Assembly: GCF_052425735.1 (NCBI RefSeq)
Contig: NC_135771.1
Span: 5,580,001 to 5,644,000 of the forward strand
Length of the DNA stretch: 64,000 nt
Reading direction: 5' to 3'
From: Oculina patagonica
Taxonomy: Eukaryota
Both the position numbers and the translations under genes were made by a program. This document shows positions 35,901 through 46,212 of the stretch, piece by piece. Each line of letters starts with the position of its first letter. The stretch's first letter is position 1. Below the pieces are notes generated by a model. It was not told where the DNA came from. It did no database searches and worked only from the letters and a program-made list of their open reading frames with translations.

Positions 35901-38862
35901 AGTTTTCCGGTTTGGACTGTTAAATAAAAAAAACAAGTAATGAGTATTCAGCCGTTCAGAACTCAGAAGTATGACAATTTGTTGGAAAGCCATGCTTTCT
36001 TGAGTTCCCAAGTTTTCTCTGGTCTTTTCTTGCAGGAAAGGTAATAAAGTCCCGGGTAAAAAAGTGAACACTTAAAGGGACTATGTCACGGATTTTACCA
36101 GATTTTTGAACAGCCAAAATTATATTTGTGTCGCAAGAAACCTAAAACTAATAGTCCATTTTCAAAAATTGCTTTATTAGAGCACTGAAACTGTTAACGA
36201 GCTGCGGATGGCTCGGATGGAAACGGATTGCAATTTGAAAAAATTATGCAAACGTTTTCAAGTTGTTTCCGCGCTTCTTCGAAATATTTTTAGCCGTAGC
36301 TTGATTTCTATCCCCAAATTAAGTTTATATATTCCTTTAGATGTTCAAAGGTAATGTTTATTTAGGGTTATTATTAGGTTGAATTATTAGGTTGCCTATC
36401 ACTAATTTCAGAACAGTTTAGACCAAAAATCTGCGAAATCCCCGTGACATAGTCCCTTTAAATTCTCCCTAAATGTTTGACCCATAAACAACCCAATTCC
36501 TAAGATCATTAACCTTCATTGTTTACTCCTATTCCCAACCCCTTCCATTTTGAATCCCAGTGGAGAAAGGTTTCTTAGAAAGGTATCTGGCTCCGTTTGC
36601 GAGAGTTGTTATTGTTTATCTGCTTGTTTAGTACAGATATGTACAGAAAAAAAAATGAAAATATAAATGGCGTGCTGAAGCAAGGTGCAGGTCTCTGCTT
36701 AAAGAGTTATCCGCTTAGTTGAGGGTGTGTACCAGCTGGCTTATGAAAGATCAAGAGTGCCATAGGTGCAGGAAATAACTTTGTATACGTGCAACGATAA
36801 ATCGTTTGGGGAGGTTGGGCGGGATATAGCTCTTATTTTTAAGCAGCACAAACGAATAGTACGTGTATGGCCATGTGCAGTTATCAATGCCAGAGAATTA
36901 TTCGGGTAGTACCGCTTTTTACCGTTTTAGTTACAGGTGTTCCGTCCTCTTTAAAGGATCTCACTAGAAATGATCGAGACACAAGGTCCCTAGAAAGAGA
37001 AAAAACGATGATGTAACAAAAATAAGGACCTTTAAAAATAAGTGGAGAAGTGGTCGCAAGTCAATAACTCGGAAAAAAAAGATTTTCCGAGTTCCCCAAC
37101 GGGAGTCGAATCCATGACCTTCCAGAATACCGGTTGGAATGCTCTAACCGCTGAGCTATAGGGGACTCTCATGGTGAGCGAGGTCATATACTGGGTTCTT
37201 ATGTGACACATGTCCTGCTGACTGCAAGGCTCAAATATGTCCAAATGATAAATGTGAATAAATGATAAGTCGACCACTTCTCCACTTTTTTTCCACTTTA
37301 TCCAAGTCACCATTTCACTCATCAAAAATAAGGACATTTTATTATGGCCTTTCCCGTTGAGTGGTAGGTTTCAGTAAATATCGGACACCAAAATAGGACC
37401 AGGACAACAATCGAGGGCCTTAATATTCGCCTTTTCAAATTATCAAGTAACTTGGACAGCAAAGAAAAACTAAATGTGGTATTATTAATTAGATAGAAGC
37501 TTTTCACAAAAAGTCAAACTGAATAGTCTTCATTAAAACAACATGGATTTCTCTCGGGTTAGGAGCAAATTACTTTCATTTCAAATCTTTTCCGTTGACG
37601 TTATTTTTTACCCTCAGTTTTACAAACAAATTAGTACAGTGCAATTTGTGCTCAATATCTTTATTTTCGTCAACCTTTACAAAAGAAAAAGATACTATTT
37701 CGATGGTTTAGATTTTCGTGTATGCAGTGAGGTTTGAGTTATGACTACCTTTCGTTCTGCTGTAACATTCAATTTACGAGAAAACTGACCTTCCCGGTCA
37801 GGCTAGGGATAACAAGTATTTTACTGCAAGTAATTTTTGACTTACTTGTTTTGCTGAAGGTCAACAATATGCTCACTGGTATGTGAAGGAATGACAAAGC
37901 TTACTTCACTTACATGGCCTTTCTAAACGATTCAAAAAAAGAGCAAAATGGTTAAGTCTTATCCAAACTCAGTGGTGCTTAACATTTTCTGAACTGCATA
38001 AAGCTATTGAAAGTAATGCTACTCCTCCTGCATGAAATGCAAGTTCATCACAGGTTACCACCCCCATGTCCCCCTGCCCCCCCTTCTCTCCCCCCCCCCC
38101 CCGCCCCTTCCACATAATATTGTCACTCCTTTGCTTCGTTTTATCTCCAAGTTGCAGATGAAAAATTATAAGACATACCTATACTCTGGTACTGAATGAG
38201 ATCCAGTGAAGTAAGACAGAGTGTTCGTACTCACGTTTTCTTTAGTTGATAAATATCCTTTAGTTTTATCATTCCTTAAAAGTCTTCTGGGGTACACCAC
38301 TTTAGCACTGCTTGTGTCTAATTCTTCCCCAGGAATCATGTAATTCACTCCGTCACCTGACAATTAAACGTAAACATGAATGATCGACTCAATTTCAGTC
38401 TGAGCTGTCTCTCTTTTGCTCTAAACTCCGTAGGATGAACCCGAAAACAGCGAGCACGAACGAGCGCGATATTCGAGCGGCGAAGTCGAGGCGAAGCCAC
38501 GTGCCGCGAGTTGCGTGGGCGCCAGTCGCTCGGACTGGCGCCCGCGCAACTCGCTTCGCCGCGAGCCCCTCAAATATCGCACCCCATCGCGCTCATTATT
38601 TTTGCGTTCATCCTTCGGAGTTTAGAGCAAAAGAGAAACTGCTCGAAGTCTAGAAACTGTACTGATGAACACGCTATTTGAAGTCTGTTGATCGCTTCAA
38701 CCCGGTCTTTCGCACGGCCACAGGGGGTGTGGAGGGGGCAAAAAAATATAAAATGGAATAACTTTTATCGAAATTTAATGATTATCGATATAATATACCT
38801 GGAATAATCCATCCACTCAGCAGAATCACTTCAAAGAACGCGACGCACTTTACTCTAGTCAT
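402..38862 (-). CDS. Multi-exon ADAM-type (reprolysin/M12B) metalloprotease-disintegrin with extra discoidin, ricin-B, TSP1 and fibrinogen-like modules; 3' end lies outside the window
   Basis: 35 exons traced with GT-AG ends and consistent phase: 38799-38862, 38235-38356, 37846-37922, 36923-36989, 35831-35916, 35593-35647, 35145-35205, 34651-34742, 33912-34004, 33437-33508, 32436-32608, 31404-31482, 30986-31067, 30173-30227, 29306-29390, 26014-26082, 25632-25733, 24757-24837, 24573-24626, 23881-24031, 23149-23430, 22447-22578, 21892-22073, 20047-20178, 19418-19484, 18442-18541, 17761-17871, 16403-16481, 15662-15742, 15463-15529, 14755-14937, 5662-5979, 1793-1999, 1324-1482, 402-619. Total 4038 nt, ~1346 aa, open throughout. 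Confidence 0.9.
2994..4086. mobile_element. Two adjacent copies of a PIF/Harbinger-like MITE in inverted orientation (2994-3538, 3542-4086)
   Basis: TIR G(G/A)GCCTGATTACATGAGCCGGGCTGGCCCGG at all four ends; TTA at 2991-2993 and 3539-3541; the interiors are reverse complements. Confidence 0.85.
4183..4681. mobile_element. Related Harbinger-like MITE
   Basis: TIR GGGCCTCTTCA(C/T)ATGA..; TTA/TAA flanks; shares the CCGGGCTGG subterminal motifs. Confidence 0.75.
5110..5153 (+). ncRNA. Minimal type I hammerhead ribozyme motif (Penelope-like element remnant)
   Basis: Stem I TTGCA/TGTAA, core CTGAAGA(G), stem II GACGG/CCGTC, GAAA, palindromic mini stem III ACATGT, GUU cleavage triplet. Confidence 0.7.
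9274..10311 (+). CDS. Class A (rhodopsin-like) GPCR, single coding exon, 345 aa, nested antisense in ADAM intron 31
   Basis: Seven hydrophobic segments. Motifs LHSPSNILICCLAGSDL (TM2), AISVDK (DRY variant), FLACYTPF (TM6), NSSLNPLLY (NPxxY); N-terminal glycosylation sequons. First ATG at 9274. Possible 5'UTR intron 8002-8808. Confidence 0.93.
   Translation: METTNNTTKCFFLTDVQLSHEGGIFIAEIICCAINSVLSLVATLWNILVILVIWKTPALHSPSNILICCLAGSDLVIGLLAQPMLVTYKIAEFKDSAETACIGRLIHWIAGFVCAGVSVMTIAAISVDKVLALYLHLRYKQVVTVARVLKVVFVFWFFCVTAAVFLFVSNSDRYWTLVPLPVLCISLTTTFVAYIKVFGVLRRHRNQIRAQTRSAWNGVNMRKYKKSVITMVYVLAMFLACYTPFLTAMAMRLFVGYNSTVKLAYEWGATVVYLNSSLNPLLYWFRMQEIRLATYNTIRKLRGKDSIVDSKVYNFSVYKEGMYNESVLSKNGVIDISQATQNKLQ
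10240..11165 (+). repeat. Three diverged ~320-340-bp tandem copies of the GPCR C-terminus/3'UTR
   Basis: The blocks TTTCGCAAGCAACTCAAAAT..AACTGC, TCAATTATTT..CATCATTCGTAAA and GGCTCGAA..AAGCCAC each recur three times. Confidence 0.8.
11967..12412. mobile_element. MITE with CCCGGG(G)n-TACT ends (related element at 17172-17598)
   Basis: Terminal inverted repeats; (G)AGGGTGA duplicated on both flanks; internal ACCCTATTTAAGG repeats. Confidence 0.75.
12592..12863. repeat. Near-perfect 136-bp tandem duplication
   Basis: CGCGACAATTATACAATTTTAAGCG...GAAGAAAAGAGTCA occurs twice, with about one mismatch. Confidence 0.85.
13948..14455 (+). mobile_element. 3' end of a non-LTR retrotransposon (LINE ORF2 C-terminal zinc-binding region plus 3'UTR), flanked by gaps
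   Basis: KLRLGVHSLRIQTGKY..ERKCLVC..EDEQHFLMYC is the CCHC-type tail that follows RT. Stop at 14282, AATAAA at ~14439, then an N gap. Confidence 0.85.
14755..14937 (-). CDS. ADAM exon 31: thrombospondin type-1 repeat
   Basis: DGNWGTWSGWTNCSRACNGGTRIRYRFCDSPSPQYGGKVCEG..CNEEPCP; phase 1-1 exon. Confidence 0.93.
15463..19484 (-). CDS. ADAM exons 25-30: Cys-rich and EGF-like domains
   Basis: SYCHLGKC..QCSDLWG, YGTC..PCAKRDVMCGQIQC, GMVKEGTKCGENQVCKENRC, ECAGRGFCTNSGQCACEDGF. Confidence 0.9.
16842..16908 (+). ncRNA. HDV-like self-cleaving ribozyme
   Basis: P1 GCCTCCC(16842-48)/GGGAGGC(16875-81); P2 CCCT(16858-61)/AGGG(16905-08); P3 ACG/CGT closing L3 TCCTCGT; G16882 for P1.1; P4 CGG/CCG; J4/2 GCTAAC with the putative catalytic C at 16900. 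Confidence 0.8.
20047..22073 (-). CDS. ADAM exons 23-24: N-terminal part of an F5/8 type C (discoidin) domain
   Basis: DCALSLGIMNGNIKDNQLTASS..ARLNGRKAWC..EYLQIDLGQ / VQMVTRVAMQG..VEGYYLWFSQDGKQWKAYSEG. Ends at a phase 0 donor. Confidence 0.92.
20231..21375 (+). mobile_element. tRNA-derived SINE split by a MITE (20291-21180)
   Basis: SINE head with A/B-box-like TGGCCTAATGG..GGTTCGAGCCC. The MITE has TIR TAGCCTGCGTGGCCGGCGTT and a 9-bp TSD TTCGGGTTC (20282-90 and 21181-89). Confidence 0.8.
22447..23430 (-). CDS. ADAM exons 21-22: ricin-B-like beta-trefoil domain
   Basis: Three internal repeats of the type H..(S/T)G.C....G..L....C.......F: QASGMCIKP..MQFTL, KHHCSGKMVCP..AKFER, RHKPTGMCLHL..VTF. 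Both exons are phase 1-1. Confidence 0.75.
23881..24031 (-). CDS. ADAM exon 20: C-terminal part of an F5/8 type C (discoidin) domain
   Basis: LLVGPTSKDQTKNTVLNPPIEARYFRINPQYWSYSLMCLKTELYGCSGEQ matches the discoidin C-terminal consensus (L.PPI.ARY.RI.P..W....LR.ELYGC). Phase 0 acceptor, phase 1 donor. Not in the ORF track. Confidence 0.9.
24573..26082 (-). CDS. ADAM exons 16-19: disintegrin domain
   Basis: CGNGLVEQGEECDCG, DPCCEPKGCKLKPGSQC, LCRASEGDCDVPEYCPGDSGDCPADSFIHDGYPC; the disintegrin loop is DCD-type. Confidence 0.95.
27523..27981 (+). CDS. Myosin essential (alkali) light chain-like EF-hand protein, intronless, nested antisense in ADAM intron 15
   Basis: 152 aa. EFRDAYCLFDRIGDGKI..DLLRSMGLNP, EDFIEAFKCYDRDSSGTI and INYEEIIKLVMS resemble MYL6-type light chains. 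AATAAA near 28299. Confidence 0.88.
   Translation: MSKVSEDQMAEFRDAYCLFDRIGDGKIDGEQIEDLLRSMGLNPQGSDLKQVREDYKNKRVEFEEWLGIYTQFRNKPEPVREDFIEAFKCYDRDSSGTIDGASLRGMLCLRGDSKLSEDEANELLAPVEDAQKGVINYEEIIKLVMSKPEKVE
29306..33508 (-). CDS. ADAM exons 10-15: catalytic reprolysin domain with intact zinc site
   Basis: NIRVVLVALEFWN, HDNAQL and GMA..YGMC. Exon 30986-31067 encodes AHEMGHNFGMDHD (HExxHxxGxxH). Met-turn GCIMG in 30173-30227; FSDCS...CLYDRP in 29306-29390. Confidence 0.95.
29963..30004 (-). ncRNA. Degenerate minimal hammerhead motif (Penelope-like remnant)
   Basis: Minus strand reads TCACA CTGACGA T GACGG ATGTA CCGTC GAAA CATTT TGTGA; stem III is damaged relative to the 5110 copy. Confidence 0.55.
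30410..30686 (-). mobile_element. tRNA-derived SINE inserted into a MITE (~30344-30887)
   Basis: Head GGGGAGCAGGGATGGCGCAGTGGTGAGAGCG..GGTTCGATTCC; tail AATAAAG(TTGA)n. An uninterrupted copy of the host MITE is at ~40144-40419. Confidence 0.8.
31551..31837. mobile_element. MITE
   Basis: TIR ATAGAGCGGTTTTCACTTGAGTGTCGAAA / TCGACACTCAATTGAAAACTGCTCTAT. Confidence 0.7.
33912..38862 (-). CDS. ADAM exons 1-9: signal peptide and prodomain
   Basis: Hydrophobic N-terminus MTRVKCVAFFEVILLSGWIIPG. Prodomain motifs VVYPRRL, HIVDLQQNKDLV and ENCHYHGKIRGNEESMAVISTCKGLRGYI. Furin-type site RRIRR, then TRYTELMIAVDN. Confidence 0.85.
36076..36457. mobile_element. Kolobok-like MITE (relatives at 23511-23856 and a left end at ~62534)
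   Basis: TTAA flanks and TIR AGGGACTATGTCACGG. Confidence 0.75.
37070..37240 (-). repeat. tRNA-like repeat/SINE remnant
   Basis: TAGCTCAGCGGTTAGAGC..GATTCGACTCCC A/B boxes followed by a T-run, but no proper anticodon arm. Confidence 0.55.
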
Positions 38863-40801
38863 CCTTCCTTCCTACAATGGAACAAAATTTATTAAACGCT
38901 ACATACGATAGGACTAAACAACTAAGGTTGGACTAAACAATGAAGAAATCTAGAAGGAGTTTGCTGCGTAGACTAAATTAATAGGTATCATAGTTTAATT
39001 TATGATGGACAAGAACAGCGTGTTTCTTCTCAAGCTCCAGTACTCAAATTTTCTTATTAATATATTTAGTTCCCTGTCAAGAAACATTAGGTTTTCAATG
39101 TTTTGTAAAATTAATTGTTTTATTTGTTGTTTTTGACTTATCCACGGCTCCTTGGGAGTAAGGTTTAGTTGTTAAAACTCCCATAAAAGTGGGTTTATTT
39201 TAGAACTAGCGTGCATGACGTGATTGGAGGGCCGACATCATTTTACTAATATATCCTTCATATTTGACAAACTAGATTTTATGACTGACTTTCTTAACAA
39301 AAAGATGTGTTGTGAGTTGCAATTAAAATGTTTATAATCAAAGCCACATACCATAGCGTTGCTTGTTCTCCAAAGTACCAATTTGTCGCCTAGTTAGAAA
39401 AATCAGCGACAACTCCCATCCAGTTGAGAAGTGTCCCGGTTAAACGGCCAATGATTAGTGTACAAACTTCTTTCTTTGGTACAGTGGCAACCTTTAAGTA
39501 GTTAACAAATCGACAGTCGAAACGATTATGATATTCTTGAAATTAAATCGCCGGTAAGCTTATATGCAGGTAACTGTCAAGTTATTTCAAGTGTCTGTCA
39601 TTTGAAAGCAGGTTAGCATATAGTTTATTCCCTTAATTAAATTCCGATCCTCGAATAAAGAGTGTGAGATTTCCTAGATGAATTTAAGTGATTCAGTACA
39701 TAGTTGTTCGCTATTTTGTGGCGCTAAAAACTGATGTGTTTCAAAAACAAATAAAGGCAACAAAATACCACATCAGAAAATTTTGTCAGTAATTACTTCC
39801 AGCGCCATTGAGTCAACGCATGGTTGATCCCCTTAATTATCCTGTCACGGGTCTTTAGTACCATTATTGTAATAGAAAAAGGCCACATGTTCCTCTCTTG
39901 TCGTGAACATTTGAAGCCTTTGTTTGCGTGATATTTTGTTTTCAATTATGATTTTTCTTTGATTGTTTAAGCTTTTAATTTGTATATGTTTTAATTACTC
40001 AAGGTAATTTATGTCAGTCAAGGAATTTCCTCAGTTTCCACAAATACAAAAATATTTTTTCGAGCCAGTAAATTTGTGTATTTACATTGTTAAATCGCAC
40101 AAATGAATTTTCCTTATAGTTACTGAGGAGCCTGCCCGTAGCACATCCTCGTACCCAGGGTCTTCGTTCCCCTTGACCAGCGGTCGAGAAACAAACGACC
40201 ATGAAAAGTTCCGATTTAAAGTCCGAAAATATTTGACTTCCGGTTGAATTGTACATGCCTAGCTTTCGAGAGCCTGACCAACAAACTTCTGGGGTTTACT
40301 TCCGGCCATTTTTATTGTTTTTAAAACCAATTAGATTCGATCCTGTAACGGAACTTTCGAAAGTCGCTTGTTTCGTCAAGCTTGCACAGTAAGGAACGAA
40401 GATTTGAGGTACGAGATTGGCCTGTAGCAGTAAATGGCCTTTCTTGTAACTTGCGCACACCAGAATTCGAGTCCCTATGAACACCCAACGCAAGCTCATA
40501 TAGAAGTGAAAAACATATATGCATGCAAGTTCAAATCTCAAAATTTGCGTTGACTTGAAACTCCCTTTTTCGAGGGCCTAACAACATTTCTGTTTTGTTT
40601 GCCATTTTTTTTTTAATCTAATCTAGAACAATTTCTTTTATTTGACGTCAGTGCCGTGATGCACCGTAGCGCGTGCATGTTTCGAGTTGAGTTGTGACGT
40701 AAACAGACGTTCCTAGGATACGCGCGTGCCAGCTTTGGAGCGGAAAAGATGAAACTGTGAAACAGAGAAACGTTATCGCAGATAACACTCTCAAACAAAA
40801 G

Positions 40802-43800
40802 ATGGCGACAAGAAAGATTCTACCCAAAGACGAGCAGCTTTTAATGAAATTAGAATCAATTTTAGATCTGTACAAGAATTTCCATGATGCAGCCGACGAA
40901 CAAGACAAACTTGTTGTTTTGGAGGCTCTGGAAGATATTCGAGAGATTCTGACAAGAACGTACATCACTGAACGTTTAAAAAGTAAAGAACTTACAGAGA
41001 TCGAAACTGTTTTGAAAGATCTGAACAGCCATGTAAAGGCAATGGCTTTAGATGAATTATTTAGTGAAGTTAATGAGATGAAAATGAGGATGGACTTGGT
41101 GGAAGCGAGGTTCGAGCTAGAGGACACTATAACACATCCAAAAAATTATTTTAACGAGGAAGGTAAGGTGTTAATGTTGTCACTGATATAAACACTGTAA
41201 ACTACTTATTGTTTAGTCGTTACGTACTATCAATTTTCCGCTATTTCTAAACTTTGTTCAGAAGCTTTCAGACTTGCTAATGGGCTTTCACTTATAACTT
41301 NNNNNNNNNNNNNNNNNNNNNNNNNNNNNNNNNNNNNNNNNNNNNNNNNNNNNNNNNNNNNNNNNNNNNNNNNNNNNNNNNNNNNNNNNNNNNNNNNNNN
41401 NNNNNNNNNNNNNNNNNNNNNNNNNNNNNNNNNNNNNNNNNNNNNNNNNNATCGACTGACTGACTGACTGACTGACTGACTGACTGACTGACTGACTGAC
41501 TGACTGACTGACTGACTGACTGAGCCTGCCCACCTGACTGACTGTTTGAGTGACTAACTGTTGACTGCAGATGAACGTAATACTCAGAGTCTAAATCAGG
41601 GATCCCAACCGATCAAACAAAATATTAATATATAGCCTTTGCAGTTTACTACTGTTGAAGGATTCTCGCATATTTTTATTGACAATATTGCTTTACAGTT
41701 GTCAATTGCCTACACTTATGACTATGTGATTACTGTCAAGAACATTAGAATTTCTTGGTAAAAGCAAATATAGGTTGGTATCATACCAGCGGAAAAAAAT
41801 AATTTTAATTTCGCATCGAAAATGATTTTCATTTCGCAACTGTTTACACAGATGAAGATGACATATGGAGCAGAATCAGTGCTAAAAGGAAGGAAATACT
41901 CGGCCAGTCAAGCTTAAGACTAAGAACTCTACTCCCACGATACATGCACAAAGTCAGGTTCGATTTACCGGGTTTGCCTGCTCATGTGCGAACTGGTTCA
42001 GACGCCGGAAACGAGAACGAATCCTCGCAAGACACTTCCGAAGGGACAAAAGAACTTGTCAAATCAACTGACCAACTGCTTCAAGATAGTGTGAACAGTC
42101 TTCAAGGGTTAATGAAAGAGCGAAGGACACGTTTAAGAGCGGCCAGGAGACCTACTAAGATTAGTTCAGGGCTCGCCAGCTCGGCGGATTATTCGATTCG
42201 GCGAAGCAAGTTGGGTTTAGAAAGAGCTCGCGATGCTCTCTGTGGAAAACTTAACACAACGGCTACATCTAGTTCGGACGATCACAGTCAAGAAAAGCCT
42301 AAGAGCGAAATAATTGTACGTTGTGAAGAATGCCAAAAGTTATTAAAAGAAAGAGACAAGTTTTGGGGATTGGAGTCGGATTCGGAAGAGGAAAACATCA
42401 AAGAGTTTAACGAGCATGTAAGACGCCGCAGCTTGCGGCGAGATTCGAGAATTTTTGAAGCCGCCGAAGGAAAGGTAGTAGATATGTCTTCCAGAGCATT
42501 GAGTCACAAAGAAGTCAGAGGAATCGCTGGTCGTGGTACGTGGACTTCACCAGCTTATGCTCCACTTTGGGCAGTGAATGATGTGGATAGGACAAGAGCA
42601 AACTCCATGACGGATCCCTTCGTGTTCGGTCATAAGAAAGGTACAGTATTTAACAATTATCCTGCAAAATCGCGCGGAATATCGCCTGATACTTAGCCGA
42701 CGAAGCCGTAGGCCGAGTTAGCTAAAATCAGACGATATTCCGCAAGATTGAGCAGGATAATTGTTTTATTATTCAACAAGTTATCAATGAAACATATTTT
42801 GCAGAAAGAAAAACTGTAATTACCCAGCGCTTTACAAGACTTTGGACAAATCTTCGCAACCTACGTATATATCGCAGCATATATATTATGTATAGCCTGC
42901 GAACAAGCTCCCCGCTCTTCCGCTCGCTTCGCTCGCTTCGCTCGCGTAACTCCACTCGCTTCGCTCGCGGAAACCCCACTCGGGAGCCTGTTCGCAGGCT
43001 AGTTATGTACGGATGACAGATATCAATAACATTTTGACCATGTTATATGGGCAGCGCAGGCGTAAGTTAAATTATCTAAATAGATATCTGCTTGAATATT
43101 TTCATTTCAGGAAACAAGTACTTAGTGCTAAGTACTCTAACTATTTCTTAACCTTGTATCTCGCTCCGACAATACGCGCGCAATTGGAAATCTTGACTAA
43201 AATCAGTTTTGTTTTAAATCATAAGTTGTTTTGCTGACAAAGATTAAAGTTCAAATTATTTTCCCTATTAAAGGTGTGGCGCTTATTTTAACTACCTGTA
43301 AAACACTTAGGGGAATGAAGAGAGAATAAAGTGAGGCCCGTAATAGGTCTGCACAAATTCTGTCAGGGGAACAAGTGCCAGTTGATGGCGACATCACTTC
43401 TCCGAGAAGTGATTGAGCCCGCGGTTTTTGTCGCAGAAGTTGCTAAGCAACATGACGTATTCGTACGCGCGATTGCTTTTGGAGTCCTTGTGAGCGGTTG
43501 CACTAGTTTTTGATTGGACGAAATAATTCGGAAATTCTTCGAGTGCTTCAACGAAGATTTGCCAAAAACGGCACTTATTCCCCTGACTGAATTACTATAA
43601 AATTATTTCGAATGAAATACAATAGGTAATATGAGCACAGTTTCTCAGTCTCTTTGTGTTCAAATACGAGAGGTAACATGAACTCAGAATCACAGATTCA
43701 CAGTCTCTTTGAGGGGTCATGAATGGTCCCTCAAAATGTCGCAGTGCTAGCAAAATTAAGCTTTTGCTCGGAATGCTCGCAAAATTTTAGTGGGTGCAAA

Positions 43801-44160
43801 ATTTTAGCGGTTTTTAGTGGGGTAGCTTTTTGAAAAGTGCTCGATGCTCGCAAGGCTATATTTTTGTTAATGCTTGTGATACCCCTTCTTTGTAAATACC
43901 CAAATTAGGGCCGCGGCACTTTTTCGAGAGCGGCGCTTATTTTATTATAATAAGCGCCTAATAATTTAAAAATTACTTGATGCGGCGCTTATTCGAGTAG
44001 TCGATCATTTACGTAACAAAAAAGGTTGGAATTAGTTTATGTAACAAATTGACACATAATAAACGCGCCTATGCTATTTTTTCAACACCTCGTTTTCCTC
44101 TTTGCAGGGATATTAAAGAAGTTCTTGAGCCGCCTAACAAGACATCACCCCTCAAGTTAG
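40802..44160 (+). CDS. Uncharacterised ~400-aa protein (helical/coiled-coil N-terminus), 3 exons
   Basis: Exons 40802-41162, 41852-42640 and 44108-44160 join in frame through phase-1 GT-AG introns and end GILKKFLSRLTRHHPSS*. AATAAA at ~44277. No family recognised; intron 1 contains an N gap. Confidence 0.7.
41454..41522. repeat. (GACT)n microsatellite next to an assembly gap
   Basis: About 17 GACT units. Confidence 0.95.
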
Positions 44161-44782
44161 GCAAATGTCAGAAGAAAAAGAACTATTTAATTTACAACTG
44201 AAAACTAGAAATATTTGCTACCTGTTTTTGTTACTTACGCTACTAATGAATTCGCTGGGTTTTTTCATTTATTTTCAATAAAGTTATTTTTTTAGTTATC
44301 AGTGGCTTTGCCGTTGTTCAATAATCTCTTCCGTTGTTTTATAAGTTTTTTCTCTTTTTTTTTTCTAATTATAGAGAAACGTCTTTATCATTCTCGACTT
44401 TAGGCAGTTTTATCAACTTAAACAATCGGCACTCATCTAATTCTTCGCACAATTTGCTATAAACGTGAACTCGGGGAATAGTTTATGGTTTCTTTTTAAG
44501 TTTACCCGTTTACGTGTCTGCAGTGTAAAATTCACTGAATCACTCGCTTAAAGCAGTGACAAGGATTTACATTAACTCGTATGTTATCCGGCCAACTGGC
44601 TCCTTCATTCTGTATCTGATATACCGGTCGGCTGTTCATGTCCGGGAAACTGGGACCAAGAATAAGACGCAAGAATCGTGCCTGCCGCGCGCGAGACTGA
44701 CTCGAAAACGAATTTTCACATCAGGCGTAGCGTGATTTTCGCCGCTACGTGGCAGCATTCAGTCTTTCGTACTCCGACAATT

Positions 44783-45722
44783 TAACCTGAGTATCAGGCC
44801 TTCCTAAGGGGAGGGGGGAGGGTAGGGAAGGAAAAAGGAGAGAAAGGCCTGACACAAACGCTTTGATTGGGTCATGTCAAACATCCAGATTCTGGATGTG
44901 GCGCTGATTGGGTAATTCACAATGGGCCCTGAAGTCACACCACCGGAAATAAAAATTTCATAACGGCGTCTTCAATGAACTGATGTCCACGCGAACGAAC
45001 AGTGAGCGAAAACTTCGCTCGACGTTATTCAGCGTTATTTCAGAGTATTTATGGAAGGCGACGACTTCAAAACGGCTCATAAAGGCGCTCTACAGTTTTC
45101 CTGGAATTAGACGTAATAGAGGACAGAAATTATGCCTCGAAAGCTGCTTGTGAAACGGAAAGTCGACGTCCTCGAATAAATAAAGGTGACGGGCCTACGT
45201 TTGTGACATTTGTACCCTTGCCGTTCTGTGTTAAATTCGGGTTTTCGACGTAATTTGCTTCTCACTCCTTTCTGAGGGGCACTGTTTTATTTAGAGGCAT
45301 TATGTATTAAATAGAGCCGTAAGATTGTGGCCAAGGAAATGTCTAGAGGTCATTGCAGAATTGTCTGCGCTGCGTGGTTTCCTGTTTGTTTCACACTTCT
45401 TTGCCACATGTTTTGCTAGCTTGTTTTTGCTCAATTCTATTTGTAAGATATACCTTAAACTCTCGAAATTTTCGCGTGTAAGGACAAGATATATGTTCCG
45501 TGAAAACGTTGATTACTTGCATATTATTGATGCCGGGATCGGCATTATAAATATCTTGGTCCGGCTTCGCAAGTGACAACCGGAAATGAATTTGATTGGT
45601 TGACGCTTATCACGCCGTGAGGGGTGGAAGACTGGAATTAAAGCGTCTGTGTCAGGCTTTTCTTTCCGTCCGCGCTCCTTCCTTTTCCCCCTACCCCTTA
45701 GAAAAGCCTGATACTCAGGCTA
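44783..45722. mobile_element. MITE with TA(G/A)CCTGAGTATCAGGC TIR
   Basis: TIRs plus a near-perfect 9-bp TSD CCGA(C/G)AATT. Other TAG..CTA-ended MITEs with 8-9-bp TSDs lie at ~15931-16087, ~21448-21653 and ~42893-42980. Confidence 0.75.
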
Positions 45723-46212
45723 CCGAGAATTCTGCCTGTTTATTTCCGGGTTTACTTTTAAAATCTGGTACCGAGCGCGCGAAAACTGAACGCGGCGACG
45801 CGACACAGCAATATATGTCACGCAACATTTCTTTCTCGTGCTGTCCTTCTCCTCATTTGTCGATAGAGATACTTAAAAAAAAAAACGCTTTGAAATCGCA
45901 CGCGAGTGACAATGCAGAATTTATTTGTCCATGCCTATGTCGACTCAGACTTTCTTGGATCTATTTTGAAATTGATTTTCTCGACCGCGATTGGAACAAG
46001 AGGGATAATAATGAATTTAGTTGATACACGATCAAGTAGGTTTATATTAAAGTCAGAATACATGAATCCTATGCATAAGAAGTAATTGTGCAATAAAAAG
46101 ACGAGCTAATACAATCAGTTTCAAAAGTAGATGCTGTTGGTCATAGACTTTTATAACATTTGGTGGCTCCTAAAGGAGCCGTTTGTTTTGGCGGGAAACC
46201 CACAAAGTGAGT

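Noticed and set aside
37090-37170. Functional tRNA gene
   Set aside because: A/B boxes are present but the anticodon and acceptor stems are imperfect; treated as a tRNA-derived repeat.
37322-37507. ORF with FTETYHSTG resembling an ADAM prodomain
   Set aside because: No usable donor site; exon 36923-36989 fills that position in the correct phase.
43331-43590. Open frames on both strands in intron 2 of the 40802 gene
   Set aside because: No recognisable domain or linkable exon structure.
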